64,000 nucleotides of DNA from NCBI GenBank assembly GCA_025594325.1, contig JANHCV010000015.1:1004027-1068026 (forward strand). Direction: 5' to 3'. Shown in pieces: positions 38,801 to 53,800 of the stretch (within the stretch, counting starts at the first letter, position 1; each line of letters starts with the position of its first letter). The notes under the pieces were generated by a model, which saw nothing but the letters and a program-made list of their open reading frames with translations, did not search any database and was not told where the DNA came from. A program made the translations under genes and the position numbers. The stretch is from Blastocladiella emersonii ATCC 22665. Taxonomy: Eukaryota; Fungi; Blastocladiomycota.

Positions 38801-41800
38801 GAGCGCGGGCCCACAAAGACTTGCGAGGCGGTGTGGGTGTTCGGATAGCAGGTAGGCAAGTTGGCAGGTTGGCAGGTTGGCAGGCTGGCAGGTTGGCCGT
38901 TTACTTAGTTGATTGGACCGTGTACTTTGACGACGGGCTCCATACTTAGGGGATCGAAGAGTTGGCTAGTGGAGTGTGCACAAAGCGGTAGATTTGAATA
39001 TCTGGCGCTTTGGTTCCTTGCCCACCTGGACGTGAGGGTATACGAAGATTTGATTGAGTATAGTTATGTTTGAGTACCATGACAATTATCAGCGTGGCGG
39101 GATTGATACATCCCGCTTGTCGGAAATTTTGTTGGTTCAATACTGTGATTTATCGGCCCTTGCCCACCTGGACATGGGGCACTCGAAGATTTGAGTATGG
39201 TTTCGTTTGAGTGCCATGACAATTATCTGCGTGGCTGGTTTACGACATTTCTTTGGTCAGATATTGTGTTGCTGTGATACTGTGATTTATGGGTCCCTGG
39301 CTAGCTGGACAAGCGGGAAGTGAAAGATTTGAATATGGTTTTGTTTGAGTATCAAGACCATTACCTGCGTGGTCGGTTATGTAGACTCCTATGGTCAGAT
39401 ATTTTGTTGGTTTGATACTGTGATTTATGGGTCTCCAACCTGCTGGACATCTGGGAAGTCATAGATTTGAGTATGGTTTTGTTTGAGTACCATGACAATT
39501 ATCTCCGCAGCTTGTTTACTATGTTTCCATGGTCAGTTTTATTGTTGCTTTGAATTTACGATTTATGGGTCCTGAACAAGCTGGACATGTGAATAGTCAA
39601 AGACTTGACTATGGTTTTGTTTGAGTGCCATGACAATTACCTACGTGGCTTGTATACTCTATTTCCATGGTCAGATATTTGTTGGTTCGATATTACGATT
39701 TATGGGTCCTCAACCAGCTTGACATGCGGGAAAGCAAAGATTAGAATATGGTTTTGATTAAGTACCATGACAATCATCTGCGTGGCTGGTTTACTATATT
39801 TCCATGGTCAGATATTTTGTTGGTTCGATACTGTGATGTATGGGTCCCTGGCCAGCTGGACACACGGTAAAGCAAAGACTTGAAGATGGTTTTGTTTGAG
39901 TACCATAACAATCATGTACGAGGTTGGTTTACTATCTTTCTGTTGTCAAATATTTAGTTGCCGTGATACTGTGATTTATGGGTCCCTGGCTAGCAGGACA
40001 AGCGGGTAGTCAAAGATTTGAATATGGTTTTGTTCGACTACCATGACAATTGTCTCCGTGGCTGGTTTGGTACGTCCCTATCATTGGTAAATTCATTGCG
40101 TGCATATTGTGATTCGTGGAGGGTCAATGTTGCTGCTACCTTGCCCGCATGCGCGCTGCGTCCGCCGACCCACCTAGGCCAGACAGGAAGGAAAGGGGAC
40201 CCCAAGAGCCCCACGACACCACTGTAGCTCCACTACCACCACAGCACCCACCAACACCACCTACAAACAAACACGACCCGCCAAGGCGCACGCAGCGACA
40301 CCCGCAGCCATGCATGCCATGGCGTTGGTGGATGGTGGCCAACCAATCCTCATCACACACGACACGTATGAAGGTCTGCCTGCATCCACCCATCCATTCA
40401 TTCAACACACGCTCCCTCACGCACCCTTTCACTTGTGTTGCTTGACAGCCAGCTAGCCAGGTCCGGCTGCTGCTACCTATCCATTCTGCCTGCCTCCCAC
40501 GCCCGCCGCGTCCTGAGCCAGGCAGGGCTGTGCTGCGATACACGGCCGCGGCCAGTCCACGGTAATGGTACCCATGCAGTACGTTCCATGGCCGCCCGGC
40601 CACCCTAGCTTGGTGCTTGTGTGTCCCCTTGGTCACCTTGGTCACCTTGGTCACCTTGGTCACCTTGGTCACTTGGTCACTTGGTCTCTTGGTCTCTTGG
40701 CGCTTGTGATGGAGGTCTATCTAACCCAGGCACGCACGGACACAGGCCCGCACGCCCACACGCACTCCCGCCAGGAGCATGTGGTGTGTGGGTCATCATC
40801 CACCATTCAGTTTGTAGTCCCTAGCACCCCTTGGCCCCAGCACTGTCTCCTTCCTGCAGGAGGAGCCCTGCCGCCTCAGCCCTCCGCAGCCAGCCCTCTG
40901 CAGCCCAGTGAAGCAGTACGGCTGCTACGCTGTTTGCAAGGTACGGTGGCCAGGGCGACGCAGGTGCTGTGGTGTTGCTTGCCACTTGGCTGGCGACAGG
41001 GGCTGGCGCACCCATTGCAAGGCGTTCTGACGGACCCCGCGGCCATGAAAGCATGGGGGCAGCACTGGACACGAGTCTATCAATCAACGGCACTGGGAGG
41101 GCAGGCAGGCGCACCCGTTGGAGCGAGCCGACCTGGATGATAAATCATTGTTGAGTTGAGGACGCCTTGCATGCCTGCCGTTCATGCGAGCGTGTGTGAC
41201 ACCAGGGTGGCCGTTTGCGCCGTGTGCGCACGGCGTGGAGCGCCAGGCGCTGTGCGCTGTGCGCGCTGCACGGTGCGTGGTGTACATCCGTCAGCGGGTG
41301 AGTGGTTTCACGCGGATAGACAGAGGAGCTGCTCGGAACCCTCGTTGGCCCATCATCATGCAGGGCTTGGAGTGGACAGCAGAGCTGGCAGCCTGGAGGA
41401 GACCAGTCGTATATTGACAAACCGAACCCCTCTCAGACTACATACGAGATAGATAATATCTACTGGGTGGGCGCTGTCAGTCAGGCTGTCAGTGTGGCAG
41501 GCTGCCAGGCTGCCAGGCTGCCAGGGCTCATCATTCATTCCTTTGTTGGCTGGGACGGCAACCAGAGAGCGCGGGCCCACAAAGACTTGCGAGGCGGTGT
41601 GGGTGTTCGGATAGCAGGTAGGCAAGTTGGCAGGTTGGCAGGTTGGCAGGTTGGCAGGTTGGCAGGTTGGCAGGCTGGCAGGTTGGCCGTTTACTTAGTT
41701 GATTGGACCGTGTACTTTGACGACGGGCTCCATACTTAGGGGATCGAAGAGTTGGCTAGTGGAGTGTGCACAAAGCGGTAGATTTGAATATCTGGCGCTT

Positions 41801-44800
41801 TGGTTCCTTGCCCACCTGGACGTGAGGGTATACGAAGATTTGATTGAGTATAGTTATGTTTGAGTACCATGACAATTATCAGCGTGGCGGGATTGATACA
41901 TCCCGCTTGTCGGAAATTTTGTTGGTTCAATACTGTGATTTATCGGCCCTTGCCCACCTGGACATGGGGCACTCGAAGATTTGAGTATGGTTTCGTTTGA
42001 GTGCCATGACAATTATCTGCGTGGCTGGTTTACGACATTTCTTTGGTCAGATATTGTGTTGCTGTGATACTGTGATTTATGGGTCCCTGGCTAGCTGGAC
42101 AAGCGGGAAGTGAAAGATTAGAATATGGTTTTGTTTGAGTATCAAGACCATTACCTGCGTGGTCGGTTATGTAGACTCCTATGGTCAGATATTTTGTTGG
42201 TTTGATACTGTGATTTATGGGTCTCCAACCTGCTGGACATCTGGGAAGTCATAGATTTGAGTATGGTTTTGTTTGAGTACCATGACAATTATCTCCGCAG
42301 CTTGTTTACTATGTTTCCATGGTCAGTTTTATTGTTGCTTTGAATTTACGATTTATGGGTCCTGAACAAGCTGGACATGTGAATAGTCAAAGACTTGACT
42401 ATGGTTTTGTTTGAGTGCCATGACAATTACCTACGTGGCTTGTATACTCTATTTCCATGGTCAGATATTTGTTGGTTCGATATTACGATTTATGGGTCCT
42501 CAACCAGCTTGACATGCGGGAAAGCAAAGATTAGAATATGGTTTTGATTAAGTACCATGACAATCATCTGCGTGGCTGGTTTACTATATTTCCATGGTCA
42601 GATATTTTGTTGGTTCGATACTGTGATGTATGGGTCCCTGGCCAGCTGGACACACGGTAAAGCAAAGACTTGAAGATGGTTTTGTTTGAGTACCATAACA
42701 ATCATGTACGAGGTTGGTTTACTATCTTTCTGTTGTCAAATATTTAGTTGCCGTGATACTGTGATTTATGGGTCCCTGGCTAGCAGGACAAGCGGGTAGT
42801 CAAAGATTTGAATATGGTTTTGTTCGACTACCATGACAATTGTCTCCGTGGCTGGTTTGGTACGTCCCTATCATTGGTAAATTCATTGCGTGCATATTGT
42901 GATTCGTGGAGGGTCAATGTTGCTGCTACCTTGCCCGCATGCGCGCTGCGTCCGCCGACCCACCTAGGCCAGACAGGAAGGAAAGGGGACCCCAAGAGCC
43001 CCACGACACCACTGTAGCTCCACTACCACCACAGCACCCACCAACACCACCTACAAACAAACACGACCCGCCAAGGCGCACGCAGCGACACCCGCAGCCA
43101 TGCATGCCATGGCGTTGGTGGATGGTGGCCAACCAATCCTCATCACACACGACACGTATGAAGGTCTGCCTGCATCCACCCATCCATTCATTCAACACAC
43201 GCTCCCTCACGCACCCTTTCACTTGTGTTGCTTGACAGCCAGCTAGCCAGGTCCGGCTGCTGCTACCTATCCATTCTGCCTGCCTCCCACGCCCGCCGCG
43301 TCCTGAGCCAGGCAGGGCTGTGCTGCGATACACGGCCGCGGCCAGTCCACGGTAATGGTACCCATGCAGTACGTTCCATGGCCGCCCGGCCACCCTAGCT
43401 TGGTGCTTGTGTGTCCCCTTGGTCACCTTGGTCACCTTGGTCACCTTGGTCACCTTGGTCACTTGGTCACTTGGTCTCTTGGTCTCTTGGCGCTTGTGAT
43501 GGAGGTCTATCTAACCCAGGCACGCACGGACACAGGCCCGCACGCCCACACGCACTCCCGCCAGGAGCATGTGGTGTGTGGGTCATCATCCACCATTCAG
43601 TTTGTAGTCCCTAGCACCCCTTGGCCCCAGCACTGTCTCCTTCCTGCAGGAGGAGCCCTGCCGCCTCAGCCCTCCGCAGCCAGCCCTCTGCAGCCCAGTG
43701 AAGCAGTACGGCTGCTACGCTGTTTGCAAGGTACGGTGGCCAGGGCGACGCAGGTGCTGTGGTGTTGCTTGCCACTTGGCTGGCGACAGGGGCTGGCGCA
43801 CCCATTGCAAGGCGTTCTGACGGACCCCGCGGCCATGAAAGCATGGGGGCAGCACTGGACACGAGTCTATCAATCAACGGCACTGGGAGGGCAGGCAGGC
43901 GCACCCGTTGGAGCGAGCCGACCTGGATGATAAATCATTGTTGAGTTGAGGACGCCTTGCATGCCTGCCGTTCATGCGAGCGTGTGTGACACCAGGGTGG
44001 CCGTTTGCGCCGTGTGCGCACGGCGTGGAGCGCCAGGCGCTGTGCGCTGTGCGCGCTGCACGGTGCGTGGTGTACATCCGTCAGCGGGTGAGTGGTTTCA
44101 CGCGGATAGACAGAGGAGCTGCTCGGAACCCTCGTTGGCCCATCATCATGCAGGGCTTGGAGTGGACAGCAGAGCTGGCAGCCTGGAGGAGACCAGTCGT
44201 ATATTGACAAACCGAACCCCTCTCAGACTACATACGAGATAGATAATATCTACTGGGTGGGCGCTGTCAGTCAGGCTGTCAGTGTGGCAGGCTGCCAGGC
44301 TGCCAGGCTGCCAGGGCTCATCATTCATTCCTTTGTTGGCTGGGACGGCAACCAGAGAGCGCGGGCCCACAAAGACTTGCGAGGCGGTGTGGGTGTTCGG
44401 ATAGCAGGTAGGCAAGTTGGCAGGTTGGCAGGTTGGCAGGCTGGCAGGTTGGCCGTTTACTTAGTTGATTGGACCGTGTACTTTGACGACGGGCTCCATA
44501 CTTAGGGGATCGAAGAGTTGGCTAGTGGAGTGTGCACAAAGCGGTAGATTTGAATATCTGGCGCTTTGGTTCCTTGCCCACCTGGACGTGAGGGTATACG
44601 AAGATTTGATTGAGTATAGTTATGTTTGAGTACCATGACAATTATCAGCGTGGCGGGATTGATACATCCCGCTTGTCGGAAATTTTGTTGGTTCAATACT
44701 GTGATTTATCGGCCCTTGCCCACCTGGACATGGGGCACTCGAAGATTTGAGTATGGTTTCGTTTGAGTGCCATGACAATTATCTGCGTGGCTGGTTTACG

Positions 44801-47800
44801 ACATTTCTTTGGTCAGATATTGTGTTGCTGTGATACTGTGATTTATGGGTCCCTGGCTAGCTGGACAAGCGGGAAGTGAAAGATTTGAATATGGTTTTGT
44901 TTGAGTATCAAGACCATTACCTGCGTGGTCGGTTATGTAGACTCCTATGGTCAGATATTTTGTTGGTTTGATACTGTGATTTATGGGTCTCCAACCTGCT
45001 GGACATCTGGGAAGTCATAGATTTGAGTATGGTTTTGTTTGAGTACCATGACAATTATCTCCGCAGCTTGTTTACTATGTTTCCATGGTCAGTTTTATTG
45101 TTGCTTTGAATTTACGATTTATGGGTCCTGAACAAGCTGGACATGTGAATAGTCAAAGACTTGACTATGGTTTTGTTTGAGTGCCATGACAATTACCTAC
45201 GTGGCTTGTATACTCTATTTCCATGGTCAGATATTTGTTGGTTCGATATTACGATTTATGGGTCCTCAACCAGCTTGACATGCGGGAAAGCAAAGATTAG
45301 AATATGGTTTTGATTAAGTACCATGACAATCATCTGCGTGGCTGGTTTACTATATTTCCATGGTCAGATATTTTGTTGGTTCGATACTGTGATGTATGGG
45401 TCCCTGGCCAGCTGGACACACGGTAAAGCAAAGACTTGAAGATGGTTTTGTTTGAGTACCATAACAATCATGTACGAGGTTGGTTTACTATCTTTCTGTT
45501 GTCAAATATTTAGTTGCCGTGATACTGTGATTTATGGGTCCCTGGCTAGCAGGACAAGCGGGTAGTCAAAGATTTGAATATGGTTTTGTTCGACTACCAT
45601 GACAATTGTCTCCGTGGCTGGTTTGGTACGTCCCTATCATTGGTAAATTCATTGCGTGCATATTGTGATTCGTGGAGGGTCAATGTTGCTGCTACCTTGC
45701 CCGCATGCGCGCTGCGTCCGCCGACCCACCTAGGCCAGACAGGAAGGAAAGGGGACCCCAAGAGCCCCACGACACCACTGTAGCTCCACTACCACCACAG
45801 CACCCACCAACACCACCTACAAACAAACACGACCCGCCAAGGCGCACGCAGCGACACCCGCAGCCATGCATGCCATGGCGTTGGTGGATGGTGGCCAACC
45901 AATCCTCATCACACACGACACGTATGAAGGTCTGCCTGCATCCACCCATCCATTCATTCAACACACGCTCCCTCACGCACCCTTTCACTTGTGTTGCTTG
46001 ACAGCCAGCTAGCCAGGTCCGGCTGCTGCTACCTATCCATTCTGCCTGCCTCCCACGCCCGCCGCGTCCTGAGCCAGGCAGGGCTGTGCTGCGATACACG
46101 GCCGCGGCCAGTCCACGGTAATGGTACCCATGCAGTACGTTCCATGGCCGCCCGGCCACCCTAGCTTGGTGCTTGTGTGTCCCCTTGGTCACCTTGGTCA
46201 CCTTGGTCACCTTGGTCACCTTGGTCACTTGGTCACTTGGTCTCTTGGTCTCTTGGCGCTTGTGATGGAGGTCTATCTAACCCAGGCACGCACGGACACA
46301 GGCCCGCACGCCCACACGCACTCCCGCCAGGAGCATGTGGTGTGTGGGTCATCATCCACCATTCAGTTTGTAGTCCCTAGCACCCCTTGGCCCCAGCACT
46401 GTCTCCTTCCTGCAGGAGGAGCCCTGCCGCCTCAGCCCTCCGCAGCCAGCCCTCTGCAGCCCAGTGAAGCAGTACGGCTGCTACGCTGTTTGCAAGGTAC
46501 GGTGGCCAGGGCGACGCAGGTGCTGTGGTGTTGCTTGCCACTTGGCTGGCGACAGGGGCTGGCGCACCCATTGCAAGGCGTTCTGACGGACCCCGCGGCC
46601 ATGAAAGCATGGGGGCAGCACTGGACACGAGTCTATCAATCAACGGCACTGGGAGGGCAGGCAGGCGCACCCGTTGGAGCGAGCCGACCTGGATGATAAA
46701 TCATTGTTGAGTTGAGGACGCCTTGCATGCCTGCCGTTCATGCGAGCGTGTGTGACACCAGGGTGGCCGTTTGCGCCGTGTGCGCACGGCGTGGAGCGCC
46801 AGGCGCTGTGCGCTGTGCGCGCTGCACGGTGCGTGGTGTACATCCGTCAGCGGGTGAGTGGTTTCACGCGGATAGACAGAGGAGCTGCTCGGAACCCTCG
46901 TTGGCCCATCATCATGCAGGGCTTGGAGTGGACAGCAGAGCTGGCAGCCTGGAGGAGACCAGTCGTATATTGACAAACCGAACCCCTCTCAGACTACATA
47001 CGAGATAGATAATATCTACTGGGTGGGCGCTGTCAGTCAGGCTGTCAGTGTGGCAGGCTGCCAGGCTGCCAGGCTGCCAGGGCTCATCATTCATTCCTTT
47101 GTTGGCTGGGACGGCAACCAGAGAGCGCGGGCCCACAAAGACTTGCGAGGCGGTGTGGGTGTTCGGATAGCAGGTAGGCAAGTTGGCAGGTTGGCAGGTT
47201 GGCAGGCTGGCAGGTTGGCCGTTTACTTAGTTGATTGGACCGTGTACTTTGACGACGGGCTCCATACTTAGGGGATCGAAGAGTTGGCTAGTGGAGTGTG
47301 CACAAAGCGGTAGATTTGAATATCTGGCGCTTTGGTTCCTTGCCCACCTGGACGTGAGGGTATACGAAGATTTGATTGAGTATAGTTATGTTTGAGTACC
47401 ATGACAATTATCAGCGTGGCGGGATTGATACATCCCGCTTGTCGGAAATTTTGTTGGTTCAATACTGTGATTTATCGGCCCTTGCCCACCTGGACATGGG
47501 GCACTCGAAGATTTGAGTATGGTTTCGTTTGAGTGCCATGACAATTATCTGCGTGGCTGGTTTACGACATTTCTTTGGTCAGATATTGTGTTGCTGTGAT
47601 ACTGTGATTTATGGGTCCCTGGCTAGCTGGACAAGCGGGAAGTGAAAGATTTGAATATGGTTTTGTTTGAGTATCAAGACCATTACCTGCGTGGTCGGTT
47701 ATGTAGACTCCTATGGTCAGATATTTTGTTGGTTTGATACTGTGATTTATGGGTCTCCAACCTGCTGGACATCTGGGAAGTCATAGATTTGAGTATGGTT

Positions 47801-50800
47801 TTGTTTGAGTACCATGACAATTATCTCCGCAGCTTGTTTACTATGTTTCCATGGTCAGTTTTATTGTTGCTTTGAATTTACGATTTATGGGTCCTGAACA
47901 AGCTGGACATGTGAATAGTCAAAGACTTGACTATGGTTTTGTTTGAGTGCCATGACAATTACCTACGTGGCTTGTATACTCTATTTCCATGGTCAGATAT
48001 TTGTTGGTTCGATATTACGATTTATGGGTCCTCAACCAGCTTGACATGCGGGAAAGCAAAGATTAGAATATGGTTTTGATTAAGTACCATGACAATCATC
48101 TGCGTGGCTGGTTTACTATATTTCCATGGTCAGATATTTTGTTGGTTCGATACTGTGATGTATGGGTCCCTGGCCAGCTGGACACACGGTAAAGCAAAGA
48201 CTTGAAGATGGTTTTGTTTGAGTACCATAACAATCATGTACGAGGTTGGTTTACTATCTTTCTGTTGTCAAATATTTAGTTGCCGTGATACTGTGATTTA
48301 TGGGTCCCTGGCTAGCAGGACAAGCGGGTAGTCAAAGATTTGAATATGGTTTTGTTCGACTACCATGACAATTGTCTCCGTGGCTGGTTTGGTACGTCCC
48401 TATCATTGGTAAATTCATTGCGTGCATATTGTGATTCGTGGAGGGTCAATGTTGCTGCTACCTTGCCCGCATGCGCGCTGCGTCCGCCGACCCACCTAGG
48501 CCAGACAGGAAGGAAAGGGGACCCCAAGAGCCCCACGACACCACTGTAGCTCCACTACCACCACAGCACCCACCAACACCACCTACAAACAAACACGACC
48601 CGCCAAGGCGCACGCAGCGACACCCGCAGCCATGCATGCCATGGCGTTGGTGGATGGTGGCCAACCAATCCTCATCACACACGACACGTATGAAGGTCTG
48701 CCTGCATCCACCCATCCATTCATTCAACACACGCTCCCTCACGCACCCTTTCACTTGTGTTGCTTGACAGCCAGCTAGCCAGGTCCGGCTGCTGCTACCT
48801 ATCCATTCTGCCTGCCTCCCACGCCCGCCGCGTCCTGAGCCAGGCAGGGCTGTGCTGCGATACACGGCCGCGGCCAGTCCACGGTAATGGTACCCATGCA
48901 GTACGTTCCATGGCCGCCCGGCCACCCTAGCTTGGTGCTTGTGTGTCCCCTTGGTCACCTTGGTCACCTTGGTCACCTTGGTCACCTTGGTCACTTGGTC
49001 ACTTGGTCTCTTGGTCTCTTGGCGCTTGTGATGGAGGTCTATCTAACCCAGGCACGCACGGACACAGGCCCGCACGCCCACACGCACTCCCGCCAGGAGC
49101 ATGTGGTGTGTGGGTCATCATCCACCATTCAGTTTGTAGTCCCTAGCACCCCTTGGCCCCAGCACTGTCTCCTTCCTGCAGGAGGAGCCCTGCCGCCTCA
49201 GCCCTCCGCAGCCAGCCCTCTGCAGCCCAGTGAAGCAGTACGGCTGCTACGCTGTTTGCAAGGTACGGTGGCCAGGGCGACGCAGGTGCTGTGGTGTTGC
49301 TTGCCACTTGGCTGGCGACAGGGGCTGGCGCACCCATTGCAAGGCGTTCTGACGGACCCCGCGGCCATGAAAGCATGGGGGCAGCACTGGACACGAGTCT
49401 ATCAATCAACGGCACTGGGAGGGCAGGCAGGCGCACCCGTTGGAGCGAGCCGACCTGGATGATAAATCATTGTTGAGTTGAGGACGCCTTGCATGCCTGC
49501 CGTTCATGCGAGCGTGTGTGACACCAGGGTGGCCGTTTGCGCCGTGTGCGCACGGCGTGGAGCGCCAGGCGCTGTGCGCTGTGCGCGCTGCACGGTGCGT
49601 GGTGTACATCCGTCAGCGGGTGAGTGGTTTCACGCGGATAGACAGAGGAGCTGCTCGGAACCCTCGTTGGCCCATCATCATGCAGGGCTTGGAGTGGACA
49701 GCAGAGCTGGCAGCCTGGAGGAGACCAGTCGTATATTGACAAACCGAACCCCTCTCAGACTACATACGAGATAGATAATATCTACTGGGTGGGCGCTGTC
49801 AGTCAGGCTGTCAGTGTGGCAGGCTGCCAGGCTGCCAGGCTGCCAGGGCTCATCATTCATTCCTTTGTTGGCTGGGACGGCAACCAGAGAGCGCGGGCCC
49901 ACAAAGACTTGCGAGGCGGTGTGGGTGTTCGGATAGCAGGTAGGCAAGTTGGCAGGTTGGCAGGTTGGCAGGCTGGCAGGTTGGCCGTTTACTTAGTTGA
50001 TTGGACCGTGTACTTTGACGACGGGCTCCATACTTAGGGGATCGAAGAGTTGGCTAGTGGAGTGTGCACAAAGCGGTAGATTTGAATATCTGGCGCTTTG
50101 GTTCCTTGCCCACCTGGACGTGAGGGTATACGAAGATTTGATTGAGTATAGTTATGTTTGAGTACCATGACAATTATCAGCGTGGCGGGATTGATACATC
50201 CCGCTTGTCGGAAATTTTGTTGGTTCAATACTGTGATTTATCGGCCCTTGCCCACCTGGACATGGGGCACTCGAAGATTTGAGTATGGTTTCGTTTGAGT
50301 GCCATGACAATTATCTGCGTGGCTGGTTTACGACATTTCTTTGGTCAGATATTGTGTTGCTGTGATACTGTGATTTATGGGTCCCTGGCTAGCTGGACAA
50401 GCGGGAAGTGAAAGATTTGAATATGGTTTTGTTTGAGTATCAAGACCATTACCTGCGTGGTCGGTTATGTAGACTCCTATGGTCAGATATTTTGTTGGTT
50501 TGATACTGTGATTTATGGGTCTCCAACCTGCTGGACATCTGGGAAGTCATAGATTTGAGTATGGTTTTGTTTGAGTACCATGACAATTATCTCCGCAGCT
50601 TGTTTACTATGTTTCCATGGTCAGTTTTATTGTTGCTTTGAATTTACGATTTATGGGTCCTGAACAAGCTGGACATGTGAATAGTCAAAGACTTGACTAT
50701 GGTTTTGTTTGAGTGCCATGACAATTACCTACGTGGCTTGTATACTCTATTTCCATGGTCAGATATTTGTTGGTTCGATATTACGATTTATGGGTCCTCA

Positions 50801-53800
50801 ACCAGCTTGACATGCGGGAAAGCAAAGATTAGAATATGGTTTTGATTAAGTACCATGACAATCATCTGCGTGGCTGGTTTACTATATTTCCATGGTCAGA
50901 TATTTTGTTGGTTCGATACTGTGATGTATGGGTCCCTGGCCAGCTGGACACACGGTAAAGCAAAGACTTGAAGATGGTTTTGTTTGAGTACCATAACAAT
51001 CATGTACGAGGTTGGTTTACTATCTTTCTGTTGTCAAATATTTAGTTGCCGTGATACTGTGATTTATGGGTCCCTGGCTAGCAGGACAAGCGGGTAGTCA
51101 AAGATTTGAATATGGTTTTGTTCGACTACCATGACAATTGTCTCCGTGGCTGGTTTGGTACGTCCCTATCATTGGTAAATTCATTGCGTGCATATTGTGA
51201 TTCGTGGAGGGTCAATGTTGCTGCTACCTTGCCCGCATGCGCGCTGCGTCCGCCGACCCACCTAGGCCAGACAGGAAGGAAAGGGGACCCCAAGAGCCCC
51301 ACGACACCACTGTAGCTCCACTACCACCACAGCACCCACCAACACCACCTACAAACAAACACGACCCGCCAAGGCGCACGCAGCGACACCCGCAGCCATG
51401 CATGCCATGGCGTTGGTGGATGGTGGCCAACCAATCCTCATCACACACGACACGTATGAAGGTCTGCCTGCATCCACCCATCCATTCATTCAACACACGC
51501 TCCCTCACGCACCCTTTCACTTGTGTTGCTTGACAGCCAGCTAGCCAGGTCCGGCTGCTGCTACCTATCCATTCTGCCTGCCTCCCACGCCCGCCGCGTC
51601 CTGAGCCAGGCAGGGCTGTGCTGCGATACACGGCCGCGGCCAGTCCACGGTAATGGTACCCATGCAGTACGTTCCATGGCCGCCCGGCCACCCTAGCTTG
51701 GTGCTTGTGTGTCCCCTTGGTCACCTTGGTCACCTTGGTCACCTTGGTCACCTTGGTCACTTGGTCACTTGGTCTCTTGGTCTCTTGGCGCTTGTGATGG
51801 AGGTCTATCTAACCCAGGCACGCACGGACACAGGCCCGCACGCCCACACGCACTCCCGCCAGGAGCATGTGGTGTGTGGGTCATCATCCACCATTCAGTT
51901 TGTAGTCCCTAGCACCCCTTGGCCCCAGCACTGTCTCCTTCCTGCAGGAGGAGCCCTGCCGCCTCAGCCCTCCGCAGCCAGCCCTCTGCAGCCCAGTGAA
52001 GCAGTACGGCTGCTACGCTGTTTGCAAGGTACGGTGGCCAGGGCGACGCAGGTGCTGTGGTGTTGCTTGCCACTTGGCTGGCGACAGGGGCTGGCGCACC
52101 CATTGCAAGGCGTTCTGACGGACCCCGCGGCCATGAAAGCATGGGGGCAGCACTGGACACGAGTCTATCAATCAACGGCACTGGGAGGGCAGGCAGGCGC
52201 ACCCGTTGGAGCGAGCCGACCTGGATGATAAATCATTGTTGAGTTGAGGACGCCTTGCATGCCTGCCGTTCATGCGAGCGTGTGTGACACCAGGGTGGCC
52301 GTTTGCGCCGTGTGCGCACGGCGTGGAGCGCCAGGCGCTGTGCGCTGTGCGCGCTGCACGGTGCGTGGTGTACATCCGTCAGCGGGTGAGTGGTTTCACG
52401 CGGATAGACAGAGGAGCTGCTCGGAACCCTCGTTGGCCCATCATCATGCAGGGCTTGGAGTGGACAGCAGAGCTGGCAGCCTGGAGGAGACCAGTCGTAT
52501 ATTGACAAACCGAACCCCTCTCAGACTACATACGAGATAGATAATATCTACTGGGTGGGCGCTGTCAGTCAGGCTGTCAGTGTGGCAGGCTGCCAGGCTG
52601 CCAGGCTGCCAGGGCTCATCATTCATTCCTTTGTTGGCTGGGACGGCAACCAGAGAGCGCGGGCCCACAAAGACTTGCGAGGCGGTGTGGGTGTTCGGAT
52701 AGCAGGTAGGCAAGTTGGCAGGTTGGCAGGTTGGCAGGCTGGCAGGTTGGCCGTTTACTTAGTTGATTGGACCGTGTACTTTGACGACGGGCTCCATACT
52801 TAGGGGATCGAAGAGTTGGCTAGTGGAGTGTGCACAAAGCGGTAGATTTGAATATCTGGCGCTTTGGTTCCTTGCCCACCTGGACGTGAGGGTATACGAA
52901 GATTTGATTGAGTATAGTTATGTTTGAGTACCATGAAAATTATCAGCGTGGCGGGATTGATACATCCCGCTTGTCGGAAATTTTGTTGGTTCAATACTGT
53001 GATTTATCGGCCCTTGCCCACCTGGACATGGGGCACTCGAAGATTTGAGTATGGTTTCGTTTGAGTGCCATGACAATTATCTGCGTGGCTGGTTTACGAC
53101 ATTTCTTTGGTCAGATATTGTGTTGCTGTGATACTGTGATTTATGGGTCCCTGGCTAGCTGGACAAGCGGGAAGTGAAAGATTTGAATATGGTTTTGTTT
53201 GAGTATCAAGACCATTACCTGCGTGGTCGGTTATGTAGACTCCTATGGTCAGATATTTTGTTGGTTTGATACTGTGATTTATGGGTCTCCAACCTGCTGG
53301 ACATCTGGGAAGTCATAGATTTGAGTATGGTTTTGTTTGAGTACCATGACAATTATCTCCGCAGCTTGTTTACTATGTTTCCATGGTCAGTTTTATTGTT
53401 GCTTTGAATTTACGATTTATGGGTCCTGAACAAGCTGGACATGTGAATAGTCAAAGACTTGACTATGGTTTTGTTTGAGTGCCATGACAATTACCTACGT
53501 GGCTTGTATACTCTATTTCCATGGTCAGATATTTGTTGGTTCGATATTACGATTTATGGGTCCTCAACCAGCTTGACATGCGGGAAAGCAAAGATTAGAA
53601 TATGGTTTTGATTAAGTACCATGACAATCATCTGCGTGGCTGGTTTACTATATTTCCATGGTCAGATATTTTGTTGGTTCGATACTGTGATGTATGGGTC
53701 CCTGGCCAGCTGGACACACGGTAAAGCAAAGACTTGAAGATGGTTTTGTTTGAGTACCATAACAATCATGTACGAGGTTGGTTTACTATCTTTCTGTTGT

